DNA of 47,800 nt from Gemmatimonadales bacterium (GTDB lineage: Bacteria > Gemmatimonadota > Gemmatimonadetes > Gemmatimonadales > GWC2-71-9), in contig JBIOTT010000232.1 in the NCBI GenBank assembly GCA_044866195.1, forward strand, positions 1-47,800, in the 5' to 3' direction. The notes below the pieces were generated by a model. The model saw nothing but the letters and a program-made list of their open reading frames with translations, was not told where the DNA came from and made no database searches. Position 1 is the stretch's first letter. Each line of letters opens with the position of its first letter. Positions 7,162 to 16,394 of this stretch are shown here, one piece after another. The position numbers were made by a program, and so were the translations under genes.

Positions 7162-9675
7162 GTGACAGAGCTGACCCAGCGGATCGCTGCCGACGTCCGT
7201 ACCTACCTTGCCAGCGAGATCGCCGCGGCCGGCGGGCGCGAAGTCTCGTTCGTGGCCCAGGTCGATCGCGAGGGCACGATCACGGCCGCACGGGCCGTGG
7301 CCCGGGGCACGGTAGACCTGGTCCTCGCGCTTCCCGGCGTGGCTCGGCGCGGCGAGATGCTCCTCCACAATCACCCGAGCGGCCGGCTCGATCCTTCCGT
7401 CCCGGATCTCAATGTGGCCGCGACCCTGCACGACGGTGGGGTCGGCTTCGGCATCATCGACAACGCCGCTGAATCGCTCTATGTGGTGGTCGAGGTCCCG
7501 CGAGACCGGGAGGTCCGCCGGATCGACCCATTCGACGTCGTGGGCGCATTGGGTGAGCACGGGCCGGTGGCCCGGGTGCTGGGCCGTTATGAGGACCGCC
7601 CCACCCAGCGGGACATGGCGGCATACGTCGCCGACGCCTACAACGACGGCGGCGTATTGCTGCTCGAGGCTGGCACCGGGGTCGGCAAGTCATTCGCCTA
7701 TCTGGTTCCCGCCCTTGCCTGGGCCCGGGCCAACGGCGAGCGGACCGTGGTGAGCACCAACACGATCAACCTGCAGGAACAGTTGGTCGGCAAGGATCTC
7801 CCGCTGCTCCGGAAGGCGCTCCAGACCGACGACTACACCCCGACGTTCGCGCTGCTCAAGGGTTGGCGCAACTATCTCTGCCTCGCGCGGCTGGACGGCG
7901 CGATGAGCGGCCAGCGCACCCTGTTCGAGCCGGACAAGCACGACGAGTTGCTGGGGCTGGTCGAATGGGCGGCCCATACCGCCGACGGTACTCTGAGCGA
8001 TCTCCCAGTCGCGCCCAGCGCGGAGATCTGGGACGAGGTGAGCGCGGAGCCGGATCTCTGCACCCGGCTCAAGTGCCCTCATTTCGACCGCTGCTTCCTG
8101 TTCCGGGCCCGACGCCGAGCGGCGGAAGCCGACGTCGTGGTGGTGAACCACCACCTCCTCGCGGCCGACCTCTCGGTCCGTGAGGCATCTGACAACTGGG
8201 AGGAGGCGGCAGTGCTGCCGCCTTATCGCCGCCTGGTGCTGGACGAGGCGCACCACCTGGAAGACGTGGCCGCACAGCATCTGGGGCTCCAGGTCGCCAG
8301 CCGGGGCGTCCAGCGGCTGCTGGGCCGTTTCGAGCGCCGCGGCAAGGGTCTGATCCCCACCCTCGCCTACGAGCTGATGGCGGAGGGAGGCGAAGCCGGC
8401 CAGGCCGGGCTCGCGCTGCTGCGCGAACGCGTGCTGCCTGCGCTGACCCACGCGCGGCAGGCCACCGAGGCGCTGTTTCTGCGGCTGCACGGCCGCCTGG
8501 AGCAGGTGCCCGGTACCCAGCTGCGGCTCGACGAGCAGTTCGCCGCCGACCCAGTGTGGGCGGACGGGCTCAGGCGCGAGCTCGATGCCGGTCTCGACGC
8601 GCTCCGAGCTCTAGCCGAGCTGCTCGAATCGGTCGCCGACCGGCTGGCGGAAGGGGCCGAGACCGACCGTTCCCGCCAGCTGCTGCAGGAGTTGCGCGGC
8701 GTGATGCGGCGCCTCGCTTCGATCGGTGACGGGCTCAACCGCACCCTCCGCCCGGCCGGCGGCGGACCACCCACGGTCCGGTGGATGGAGCGGACCGGCC
8801 AGCGGGGCCAGACCGTGGCCCTGTCGGCGGTCCCCCTGGACCTGGCGCCGTTGCTGCGCGAGCTCCTCTGGCAGCGGCTCGATACCGTGGTCCTCACCAG
8901 CGCGACGCTGGCAGCTGGCGGCGAGTTCGAATTCCTGGAGTCCCGCCTCGGGCTGGACGGTGAGGCCAGCCCGGTCTCGGTGCGGGAAATCCTCGCTTCG
9001 CCCTTCGACTATCCCTCCCAGTGCCTGTTCGGGGTTCCCACCGACCTTCCCACGCCGAGAGACGACGAGCCCGGCCACGACGCGGCGCTGGCGCAGATCG
9101 TGACCGATCTGGCGTTCGCGTCCGATGGCGGCATGTTCGTCCTGTTCACCAGTCATGCCGCGCTCCGCCGTGCCGCGGCGAGCCTCCGGGGCACGCTGGC
9201 CAGCCGGTGGCCTATCCTGGTTCAGGGAGAAGCGGCCCGCGATCTCCTGCTTCGCCGCTTTCGCGAGGCGGGCAATGCCATTCTGTTAGGGACCGACTCG
9301 TTCTGGGAGGGAGTCGATGTGCCCGGGCGCGCGCTCCGCGCCCTGGTGCTCAACAAGCTACCTTTTAAGGTTCCCTCGGAGCCGCTGACCGCGGCGCGGC
9401 TCGAGCGGTTGGCCGAACAGGGCAGCGACGGGTTCACCGGATACCTGCTACCCCACGCCGCGCTCAAGCTCAAGCAGGGCTTCGGACGTCTGATCCGGAG
9501 CCGGCAGGATGTGGGGGTGGTGCTGCTGTTGGACAATCGGGTCGTCACCAAGCGATATGGGCCGCTCGTATTGAGTGGATTGCCGCGGGCGGAGCGAGTG
9601 GTCGGCAGCTGGGCCGAGATCCGCACCAAGTGCGAGGACTTCTTTGCCCGGTTCGGCATTGGAGCCGGCGTATGA
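7162..9675 (+). CDS. dinG: DinG/YoaA-family Fe-S helicase with N-terminal JAB (RadC-like) domain
   Basis: N-terminal 'EVSF…LHNHPSGRLDPSVPDL'. Q motif 'YEDRPTQRDM', Walker A 'EAGTGVGKS', four Fe-S Cys ('NYLC', 'CTRLKCPHFDRC'), 'DEAHH', 'TSATL', 'FWEGVDVPG', 'QGFGRLIR'. GTG at 7162 preferred over TTG 7102, which lies inside the repeat element. Confidence 0.92.
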   Translation: MTELTQRIAADVRTYLASEIAAAGGREVSFVAQVDREGTITAARAVARGTVDLVLALPGVARRGEMLLHNHPSGRLDPSVPDLNVAATLHDGGVGFGIIDNAAESLYVVVEVPRDREVRRIDPFDVVGALGEHGPVARVLGRYEDRPTQRDMAAYVADAYNDGGVLLLEAGTGVGKSFAYLVPALAWARANGERTVVSTNTINLQEQLVGKDLPLLRKALQTDDYTPTFALLKGWRNYLCLARLDGAMSGQRTLFEPDKHDELLGLVEWAAHTADGTLSDLPVAPSAEIWDEVSAEPDLCTRLKCPHFDRCFLFRARRRAAEADVVVVNHHLLAADLSVREASDNWEEAAVLPPYRRLVLDEAHHLEDVAAQHLGLQVASRGVQRLLGRFERRGKGLIPTLAYELMAEGGEAGQAGLALLRERVLPALTHARQATEALFLRLHGRLEQVPGTQLRLDEQFAADPVWADGLRRELDAGLDALRALAELLESVADRLAEGAETDRSRQLLQELRGVMRRLASIGDGLNRTLRPAGGGPPTVRWMERTGQRGQTVALSAVPLDLAPLLRELLWQRLDTVVLTSATLAAGGEFEFLESRLGLDGEASPVSVREILASPFDYPSQCLFGVPTDLPTPRDDEPGHDAALAQIVTDLAFASDGGMFVLFTSHAALRRAAASLRGTLASRWPILVQGEAARDLLLRRFREAGNAILLGTDSFWEGVDVPGRALRALVLNKLPFKVPSEPLTAARLERLAEQGSDGFTGYLLPHAALKLKQGFGRLIRSRQDVGVVLLLDNRVVTKRYGPLVLSGLPRAERVVGSWAEIRTKCEDFFARFGIGAGV

Positions 9676-10298
9676 TCTCGCTCAAGCCGGGCAAGATCAT
9701 CGGAGTCGGCCGAAACTATCTGGCGCATGCCCGCGAGCTCGGCAATGAGGTGCCTCCGGAGCCGATCATCTTTCTCAAGCCGGCCACGGCGCTGCTGGAG
9801 CCCGGTGGGGTGATTTTGCTCCCGCGCGTCTCCGAACGGGTGGAGTTCGAGGCCGAGATCGGCGTCGTCCTCGGTCGCCGGCTCCGCCACGCATCGCCCG
9901 ATCAGGCAGAAAGGGCGATTGGCGGGTTTACCTGTGTCAACGATGTGACCTGCCGGGACCTACAACAGAAGGACGGGCAGTGGAGCCGGGCCAAGGGATT
10001 CGACACCTTCTGCCCGGTCGGTCCCCGGGTGGTCTCCGGGCTGGACTGGCGGACCCTCGAGCTGCGCTGCCGGGTGAACGGACTCGAGCGCCAGCGAGCC
10101 AGGGCCGCGGACATGCATTTCTCGATCCCGGCGCTGATCTCGTTCATCAGCGGGATCATGACGCTGGAGCCCGGTGACCTGATCGCCACCGGCACGCCTG
10201 CCGGCACGGGGCCGTTGGCAGACGGCGATATCGTAGAAGTGGAGATTCCGGGCGTCGGCGTGCTCTCCAATCCGGTTCGGAGCGAGGACGGCAGATGA
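9672..10298 (+). CDS. Fumarylacetoacetate hydrolase family protein
   Basis: 'KIIGVGRNYLAHA', 'IFLKP', 'EFEAE', 'NDVTCRDLQ', 'WSRAKGFDTFCPVGP', 'GDLIATGTP'. ATGA overlap at 9672-9675. Confidence 0.93.
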   Translation: MISLKPGKIIGVGRNYLAHARELGNEVPPEPIIFLKPATALLEPGGVILLPRVSERVEFEAEIGVVLGRRLRHASPDQAERAIGGFTCVNDVTCRDLQQKDGQWSRAKGFDTFCPVGPRVVSGLDWRTLELRCRVNGLERQRARAADMHFSIPALISFISGIMTLEPGDLIATGTPAGTGPLADGDIVEVEIPGVGVLSNPVRSEDGR

Positions 10299-11491
10299 TC
10301 AGGTTCAGCCACCGGCTTGAGGCGCTGCCGGGCTACCCCCTCGCGGAGCTCCCGTCGCTCAAGCGGCGCCTCCTGGAGCAGGGGGTGGACGTGATCGACG
10401 TCGGCCCCGGCGACAACGATACTCCGCCGCCGGACGTCACCATCGACACGATGCTAACAGCGGTGCGGACCCCGGCGCTCAGCAAGTACGGCTTCCAGCA
10501 GGGGCTGCCCGAGTTTCGCCAGGCGGCCGCGCGATGGGTTGAACGCCGTTTCGGGCTCCGGTTCGACCCGATGAGCGAGATCCTGCCGCTCATCGGATCC
10601 AAAGAGGGCCTGGCCCACGTGGTGTTCGCCGTTGCCAATCCTGGCGACGTGGCGATCGTGCCCGAGCCGGGCTACCAGGCCTACCTTGGCGGCTCCATCC
10701 TGGCCGGTGCCGAGCCATACATCGCACCGCTCCGGAGCGAGCGGCGTTATCTGCTCGAGCTCGAGCAGATCCCGGAAGACGTGCTCCGCCGCGCGAAGAT
10801 CGTATTCGCGAACTATCCGAACAACCCCACCGCGGCCGTGGCCCCGCCCGAATACCTGGAGCGCACCGTCGCGCTCTGCCGCCGCTACGGGATCCTGCTG
10901 GCCTACGACAACGCGTACTGCGACCTCACGTTCGACGGCTATCGGGCACCGAGCATCTTCGAGACCGCGGGGGCGCGGGACGTCGCGATCGAGTTCTTTT
11001 CGCTCTCCAAGAGCTTCTCGATGACCGGCTGGCGACTTGGGTTTGCAGTGGGCGCGAAGGACCTGATCGGAGCGCTCACCCGGGTCAAATCGTACGTGGA
11101 CACCGGCCCGTGGCTCGCCGTGCAGAAAGCGGGAGCTGCAACGCTGGATCAGGCGGAGGCCCTGATCCCTTCCATCCGCGAAGAGCTGGCTGGCCGGCGC
11201 GACGCCGGCGTGGCCGCGCTGCGGGCGGCTGGCTTCCCGGTCGAGGCACCGAAGGCAACCATGTATCTCTGGGTCGCCCTCCCCGCGGAGGTGCCGTCGG
11301 CCCTGTTCGCGCGCCGCTCGCTCGAAGAAGCGGGCGTCGTGGTGCTTCCCGGGAGCGCGTTCGGGCCCGCGGGCGAAGGTTACTTCCGCATCGCGCTCAC
11401 GGTCGGGGCGGCCCGGCTCACCGAGGCGGTCGCCCGGCTCGGTGAGCTGCTGGAGCGATTGCGCCGTGGAGAACTGGCAAGCGTCCTCTGA
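10295..11491 (+). CDS. Class I/II PLP aminotransferase, LL-diaminopimelate aminotransferase-like
   Basis: 'LIGSKEGLAH', 'NYPNNPT', 'DNAY', PLP-Lys motif 'SLSKSFSMTGWRLG', 'PGSAFGPAGEGYFRIAL'. Confidence 0.88.
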   Translation: MIRFSHRLEALPGYPLAELPSLKRRLLEQGVDVIDVGPGDNDTPPPDVTIDTMLTAVRTPALSKYGFQQGLPEFRQAAARWVERRFGLRFDPMSEILPLIGSKEGLAHVVFAVANPGDVAIVPEPGYQAYLGGSILAGAEPYIAPLRSERRYLLELEQIPEDVLRRAKIVFANYPNNPTAAVAPPEYLERTVALCRRYGILLAYDNAYCDLTFDGYRAPSIFETAGARDVAIEFFSLSKSFSMTGWRLGFAVGAKDLIGALTRVKSYVDTGPWLAVQKAGAATLDQAEALIPSIREELAGRRDAGVAALRAAGFPVEAPKATMYLWVALPAEVPSALFARRSLEEAGVVVLPGSAFGPAGEGYFRIALTVGAARLTEAVARLGELLERLRRGELASVL

Positions 11492-12383
11492 TTCCGCCCG
11501 CCGAAGGCGGTGGCGGGAGTGGCCCTGGCTCGCGCTGGCGGTCAGTCTCGCGGTGCATGTGGTCCTCGTCCTGATCAGCTCGGTCGAGGGGCGCCAGCCG
11601 GTGCTGCCTCATCGGCCCACCCAGCTCATCGTGCTGCCACCGCTCTCCCAGCGTCCCCAGGCGGTCGAGATGCCGTACCGCGAGGCGCCAACCGAAACCG
11701 GCACGCCGGCCCGGCCCCCGCGGCCGCCCCGCCGGCTCCCGGAGCGGACGCCGGTAACCGTCTTGCCACCGCCGGTCGTTACGCCGCCCCGGGCCGACTC
11801 GGGTATCGTGGCGGCTCCCGAGCCGGTGACGCCGGGGCGGATCGGCCCCAACTGGGGTGAGGGGCTGCTCTGGGTTCGGCCGCTGCCGCTTCCTCCCAAG
11901 GAGCTGGCGCAACGCATCCGAAAGAGCCAGGCCGAGCTCGCCGACAGCGTGGTCAAGGCCACCATCCAGGCGTTTCTCGATTCGATCGCGCGGGAGCCGG
12001 GCGCCGACCGCGCTGCGCTGCCGGAATGGAGCACTCAGATCGCCGGAAAGAAGTTCGGCATCGACCAGAAGTACGTGACCGTGGCCGGGCTCAAGATTCC
12101 GGCTGCGGTGCTGGCGCTCATCCCACTTCACGGCGGGACCAACGAGTCGAAGGCGTTCGACCGGACCGACCGGCTCCTGGCTGATCTCCGCTACGCGGCC
12201 ACCCGGGCCCAGACGGTCGGTGATTTCAAGAAGGCCATCGGCGAGATGCGACGCCGCAAGCAGGCGGAGCACGATTTCCAGCGCAACCAGAGCACCCCGC
12301 CACCGCCCGAGCTGCGCTCACCCCCGCCGATTCCGGTGGTGACCCAGGCTCCGCCGGATTCGAGCCGGCAGCGTCCCCAATGA
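11466..12383 (+). CDS. Single-TM proline-rich protein with TonB/TolA-like architecture
   Basis: TM 'LALAVSLAVHVVLVLI' with SxxxH, Pro-rich linker, unrecognised C-terminal domain. GTG at 11466 is the probable start. ATGA overlap with the next gene. Confidence 0.65.
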   Translation: MENWQASSDSARRRRWREWPWLALAVSLAVHVVLVLISSVEGRQPVLPHRPTQLIVLPPLSQRPQAVEMPYREAPTETGTPARPPRPPRRLPERTPVTVLPPPVVTPPRADSGIVAAPEPVTPGRIGPNWGEGLLWVRPLPLPPKELAQRIRKSQAELADSVVKATIQAFLDSIAREPGADRAALPEWSTQIAGKKFGIDQKYVTVAGLKIPAAVLALIPLHGGTNESKAFDRTDRLLADLRYAATRAQTVGDFKKAIGEMRRRKQAEHDFQRNQSTPPPPELRSPPPIPVVTQAPPDSSRQRPQ

Positions 12384-12823
12384 AGCTGGTCGACACCGAC
12401 GAGACGGTCGTCCTGGTCACCGGCACAACCCTCACTGCCGAAGAACGCGACCGGCCCACCGCCTACGCGCTCAAGGCGGAGATCGATCGCCGGGGTGAGG
12501 GTCACACCTACCGCCGGGCGATCGTGGTGGGCGACGCCTGGTATCTGGAAAACCGGATCTTTCATCTCAACCCGACGATCGCGATCGGTGGGCCAGGCGC
12601 GAACGGGGTGACCAGCGAGTTCGCGGAAGCGCTACCCACGCTGGTCAACGTCGACGATCGCGTGTTCGTTCAGGCGGACTTCGACAGTGAGCTCAAGCGG
12701 GCGAACCTCTGGGGGGTCAACGCGCAAGCGACGGCGCAGGCGGTGGAGATGTTCGTGGGGCGGGGGATGTTGGACGATCTCCTGCAACGGATATGGAGAT
12801 TCCGCGCCGGGACCTTCGTCTGA
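12380..12823 (+). CDS. Hypothetical protein
   Basis: 147 aa, normal codon bias, ATGA-coupled. 'TIAIGGPGANGVT' suggests an alpha/beta fold. Confidence 0.8.
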   Translation: MKLVDTDETVVLVTGTTLTAEERDRPTAYALKAEIDRRGEGHTYRRAIVVGDAWYLENRIFHLNPTIAIGGPGANGVTSEFAEALPTLVNVDDRVFVQADFDSELKRANLWGVNAQATAQAVEMFVGRGMLDDLLQRIWRFRAGTFV

Positions 12824-12923
12824 AAAGCGTGAACGGTGAACAGTGAACAGTGAACAGTGAACGGGGGCGCCGATGAAGGGAGCCCCCCGTTTACCGTTTA
12901 CCGTTCACCGTTCACGCTTTTTT
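12823..12923. terminator. Bidirectional intrinsic terminator built from 7-nt tandem repeats
   Basis: AAAAGC-(GTGAACR)x5-GGGGC…GCCCCC-(CGTTYAC)x4-GC-TTTTTT between convergent genes, with A-tract on the left and T-tract on the right. Confidence 0.8.
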
Positions 12924-12925
12924 GT

Positions 12926-13498
12926 CTACTCGCCCAGCAGGTCTTCCAGCGCTTTATCGATCACCTCCGCCGTCCGGCCCTCGATGATCTTGCGCAGGAC
13001 GTCGGCGGCCTCGAGCGGAAGGCTGTCGGGATGGACCCGGTCCTTGGCAAACCGCACCACCGTGCCCAGCGGAATCGGCGCGACCGGTGGCTCCTCGGCC
13101 TCGTCGTCCGCCTGCGCGGCAGCTTCGTACCCGGCTCCAGGCACACTCTCCGCCCACGGCTCCGGCTCGTCATCGGTGTCGAGCTGAAGGTCGGGCGGGA
13201 GGGTCACCATCGCGAACAGCTGGCACTGCAGCCCCGGCGGCGCTTCCCGGGCCACCAGTACCACCGGCACCGGCTGCGCAAACAGGCGGTGCGAATGCAC
13301 CTGGTCCCAGGCTTCGGGCGGCAGCGCGCAGCGCGCGACCAGCCGGCCGTTCCGGTAGGTGGCCATGCACACCATGCCATCCGGCGTGCGCTCGTCTTCC
13401 ACCAGGCCGACGTTCAGCTCGACCGGGCTCTCGGTAGCGGCGAGCGCCGCGGCCGAAGGCTGCGATCCCGGCTCATCCGCTTCGAACGGAGTGCTCAT
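12926..13498 (-). CDS. Hypothetical acidic protein
   Basis: ATG at 13498 (MSTPFEADE…), consistent codon bias, ends at the terminator. Confidence 0.75.
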   Translation of the reverse strand: MSTPFEADEPGSQPSAAALAATESPVELNVGLVEDERTPDGMVCMATYRNGRLVARCALPPEAWDQVHSHRLFAQPVPVVLVAREAPPGLQCQLFAMVTLPPDLQLDTDDEPEPWAESVPGAGYEAAAQADDEAEEPPVAPIPLGTVVRFAKDRVHPDSLPLEAADVLRKIIEGRTAEVIDKALEDLLGE

Positions 13499-13571
13499 AC
13501 CGGGAGCGTAGCAGCGGTGGAAGCGCGGCGCCACCCCCCCGGTCACACGTGCGCTGCGTCACAACGCTCCG

Positions 13572-14861
13572 TCAAGGCTCACCAATCTCGCCATCGTCGG
13601 TGATTCGCGCGGCCGAAGCGCCAAAATCGTCGTGCGAGAGCGAGCGCACCAGGCGAACGGCCGCTGCGTCGGGATCCGGTGCCGGCCCTTGAAGCGGCAA
13701 TTGTCGCATGGGCAGCAGCCGTGCACGCGCCAGCGCAGCGTCAGCGGTGAACTCGACCTGGAACACGCCGGTCAGTGCCTGCGGGCCGGACAGATTGAAG
13801 CCCCGGTAGGTCGCGAAATTCCCCAGCGAATACGCGATCAGCCGGCCGTTCCAAAGCTCGAGGCCTCGCAGCACATGGGGCCCGTGGCCAACGACGAGAT
13901 CGGCGCCGGCCTCCACCACCGCGTGGGCCCACGCCCGCAGCTCGCCGCGAGGCTCGCGCCCGAGTGACTCGGCCGCGAAAGGCAGATGCAACGCGGCGAA
14001 ACCTTCAGCGCCGCCGTGGAACGTGACGACGAGCAGATCGACCGATCGCCGGAGCGAATCGACCACCGCCACGCTGCGCGGTATATCGAGCAGGTCGTAC
14101 GCAAAGGGGTAGGTCGCGAAGCCGATCACGCCCACCGTGGTCATCGCGTCGCCCGACCGGACCGTGTCGACCACGATACGGCCGAGCGGCCCGTAGGTGC
14201 TGAGCCCCGCGGCTGCGAGCGTGGCTTCGGTGGAGCGGCGGCCGTCGAGCCCGAAGTCGTTGGCGTGGTTGTTGGCGAGGTTGAGATGGGTAAAGCCGGC
14301 CTCGGCCAGCCGGGGGGCCAGCCAAGTCGGGCTGAGAAAGGCGTAGCAGCGGACCGGCTCCGGTTTCGCCGCGGGTTTCTTATGGGGCTCGCGACGCCTC
14401 GCGGCCGCTCGCCCCTTCCGATCAGCGGAGTCCCGCGCCGCAGGCTTCCCGCTCCACGCCACCGACCTCCGCTTGCCGCACTTCTCCGTCTCGCCGCTGT
14501 CGGCGAGCACGCCCTCGAAGTTGCCGATCACCAGGTCGCCGGCCAGAAACGGCTTCGCGGCCCGCAGCAACCCGCGCCCGCTGTCCGGCGGGACGCCGCC
14601 GGGGATCGTCATGGTGCCCAGGTTGATGTCGCCGACGAAGGCGAGACGCACGGGCGCTCGGGTGCGGCGGGGAGGCCGGGGCGCTCCCCGCGCTGCAGAA
14701 TCGGCCTTGGCCCGGACGGTGTCGGCGGCTGCGCCGGCCGGCGGAGGGAGGGACGGGCGCGGTGATGGCTGGGCCGGAGCGGGGGCCGGCGCCGGCGGCT
14801 TGGGTGACGCGCAGGCGGCGAGGAGCGCGAGGAGCCAGGCGATGCCGCCCCCGCGCGACAT
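13572..14861 (-). CDS. CapA/PGA_cap family metallophosphatase-fold lipoprotein
   Basis: ATG at 14861 with lipobox 'LLALLAAC'. Motifs 'AFVGDI', 'GNFEG', 'LANNHANDFG', 'FHGG', 'GHGPH', 'YSLGNF'. The upstream part of the 598-aa ORF overlaps gltX and is spurious. Confidence 0.88.
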   Translation of the reverse strand: MSRGGGIAWLLALLAACASPKPPAPAPAPAQPSPRPSLPPPAGAAADTVRAKADSAARGAPRPPRRTRAPVRLAFVGDINLGTMTIPGGVPPDSGRGLLRAAKPFLAGDLVIGNFEGVLADSGETEKCGKRRSVAWSGKPAARDSADRKGRAAARRREPHKKPAAKPEPVRCYAFLSPTWLAPRLAEAGFTHLNLANNHANDFGLDGRRSTEATLAAAGLSTYGPLGRIVVDTVRSGDAMTTVGVIGFATYPFAYDLLDIPRSVAVVDSLRRSVDLLVVTFHGGAEGFAALHLPFAAESLGREPRGELRAWAHAVVEAGADLVVGHGPHVLRGLELWNGRLIAYSLGNFATYRGFNLSGPQALTGVFQVEFTADAALARARLLPMRQLPLQGPAPDPDAAAVRLVRSLSHDDFGASAARITDDGEIGEP

Positions 14862-14866
14862 GAGAG

Positions 14867-16294
14867 TCAGGCGGCGGCGTCGCGCAGGTAGTCGGACAGC
14901 CGGCCGATGCTCCGTTCGCGGCCGACCACTGCGAGCAGCTGGTTCACCGGCTCTGAGACCGTGCTGCCGGTGAGCACGACCCGAATCGGCTGCAAGAGAT
15001 CGCCCAGCTTGAGGCCGTTCTGCTCCGCGACGCCCTTCAGCTGCTGGAGCAGATGCTCGGCCGACCACTCGGCGGGGGTGACGCGATCCAAGCTGCTGCG
15101 CGCGAGCTCCAGGCTGTGCCGGAACTGCGGACCCATCTTCCGCACCAGTTGCTCCCCCTTGGCGTCGAACTCCACCCGGCTCGGGTCCACCCGCTTTGCG
15201 ACCTGCTCTGCCAGCTGAAGAATGGTCCGCGAGCGGGCTTTGACGGCATCGATGATGGGCCGGAGGTCCCGGCCGGCATCGCCGCCGCCGAGGCGGGAGA
15301 GCTGGCGCTGCACCGGAACCAGCAGCTCGTCGGCCGGGGTCATCGAGAGATACTGACCATTCATCCACTCCAGCTTGGCGACGTCGAAGACCGCCGGCTT
15401 GCTCTGGATCCCTTCGAGCGAAAAGAGCTGAATCAGCTCGGGCTCCGGGATGATCTCGCGATCCCCGCCGGGCGACCAGCCGAGCAGCGCCAGGAAGTTG
15501 CGCATCGCGGCAGGGAAGATGCCCTGATCGCGGTAGTCGCCTACGGCGGTCGCGCCGTGGCGCTTCGACAATTTCTTTCCATCGGGGCCCAGAATCATCG
15601 GCACGTGGGCGAAGACCGGCGGCGCGTGACCCAGGGCCCGATAGAGCAGGATCTGCTTGGGCGTGTTGGAGACGTGGTCGTCACCCCGGATCACGTGGGT
15701 GATCCGCATCGCGATGTCGTCTGAGACCACGGCCAGGTTGTAGATAGCGGAGCCGTCACTCCGGAGAATGACGAAGTCGTCCAATTCCTGGCTATGAACG
15801 CTGATGGACCCGTGCACTGCGTCCTCCCACGCCACCTGCTCGTCGGGAACGAAGAAGCGGATGGTGAACGGCAGGCCCCGGTCCAGCTGCGCGCGAACCT
15901 CCTCCGCCGAGAGCCGCCAGCAGCGCCGATCGTAGCGGAAGCTCAAGCCGGCCGCCTCGGCCTCGGCGCGCCGCTGATCGAGCTCCTCTCGAGTACAGAA
16001 GCAGCGGTAGGCATTGCCCTCGGCCAGCAGGCGCTCGGCATCGGCCCGGTGGCGGTCGGCGTAGGCACCCTGGAAATAGGGCCCTTCGTCCCAGGTAACA
16101 CCCAGCCAGTCGAGCCCCTCGAGGATGACCTTGGTGTGGGCTTCCGTGCTGCGCTCCCGGTCGGTGTCTTCGATCCGGAGCACGAACGTCCCGCCGCTCT
16201 TTCTGGCGAACAGCCAGTTGAAGAGCGCAGTACGGGCGCCGCCCACGTGCAGGTAGCCGGTGGGGGAAGGAGCAAACCGAACTCGAGGGACCAT
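14867..16294 (-). CDS. gltX: Glutamate-tRNA ligase
   Basis: 'RVRFAPSPTGYLHVGGARTALFNWL', 'RIEDTD', 'HVIRGDDH', 'KKLSKRHGA'. Confidence 0.97.
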   Translation of the reverse strand: MVPRVRFAPSPTGYLHVGGARTALFNWLFARKSGGTFVLRIEDTDRERSTEAHTKVILEGLDWLGVTWDEGPYFQGAYADRHRADAERLLAEGNAYRCFCTREELDQRRAEAEAAGLSFRYDRRCWRLSAEEVRAQLDRGLPFTIRFFVPDEQVAWEDAVHGSISVHSQELDDFVILRSDGSAIYNLAVVSDDIAMRITHVIRGDDHVSNTPKQILLYRALGHAPPVFAHVPMILGPDGKKLSKRHGATAVGDYRDQGIFPAAMRNFLALLGWSPGGDREIIPEPELIQLFSLEGIQSKPAVFDVAKLEWMNGQYLSMTPADELLVPVQRQLSRLGGGDAGRDLRPIIDAVKARSRTILQLAEQVAKRVDPSRVEFDAKGEQLVRKMGPQFRHSLELARSSLDRVTPAEWSAEHLLQQLKGVAEQNGLKLGDLLQPIRVVLTGSTVSEPVNQLLAVVGRERSIGRLSDYLRDAAA

Positions 16295-16301
16295 GTGGTA
16301 G

Positions 16302-16340
16302 AAGCGTAAGCGGTGAACGGTGAACGGTAAACGGGAGGCG
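16302..16340. repeat. Single arm of the 7-nt repeat element in the gltX 5' region
   Basis: AAGC GTAAGCG GTGAACG GTGAACG GTAAACG GGAGGCG, nearly identical to the arms of the element at 12823-12923. Confidence 0.85.
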
Positions 16341-16394
16341 CCGGACGCCTGCGCCTGAGATGCGTCCGGACAAGATGGAGCGGGTGGGTGGGGC

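Noticed and set aside
12829-12915. CRISPR array
   Set aside because: Units are 7 nt, directly tandem without spacers, and no cas genes are present. The same applies to the other repeats.
14862-15368. N-terminal extension of the 598-aa CapA ORF
   Set aside because: It overlaps gltX in another frame. The lipoprotein signal begins at ATG 14861.
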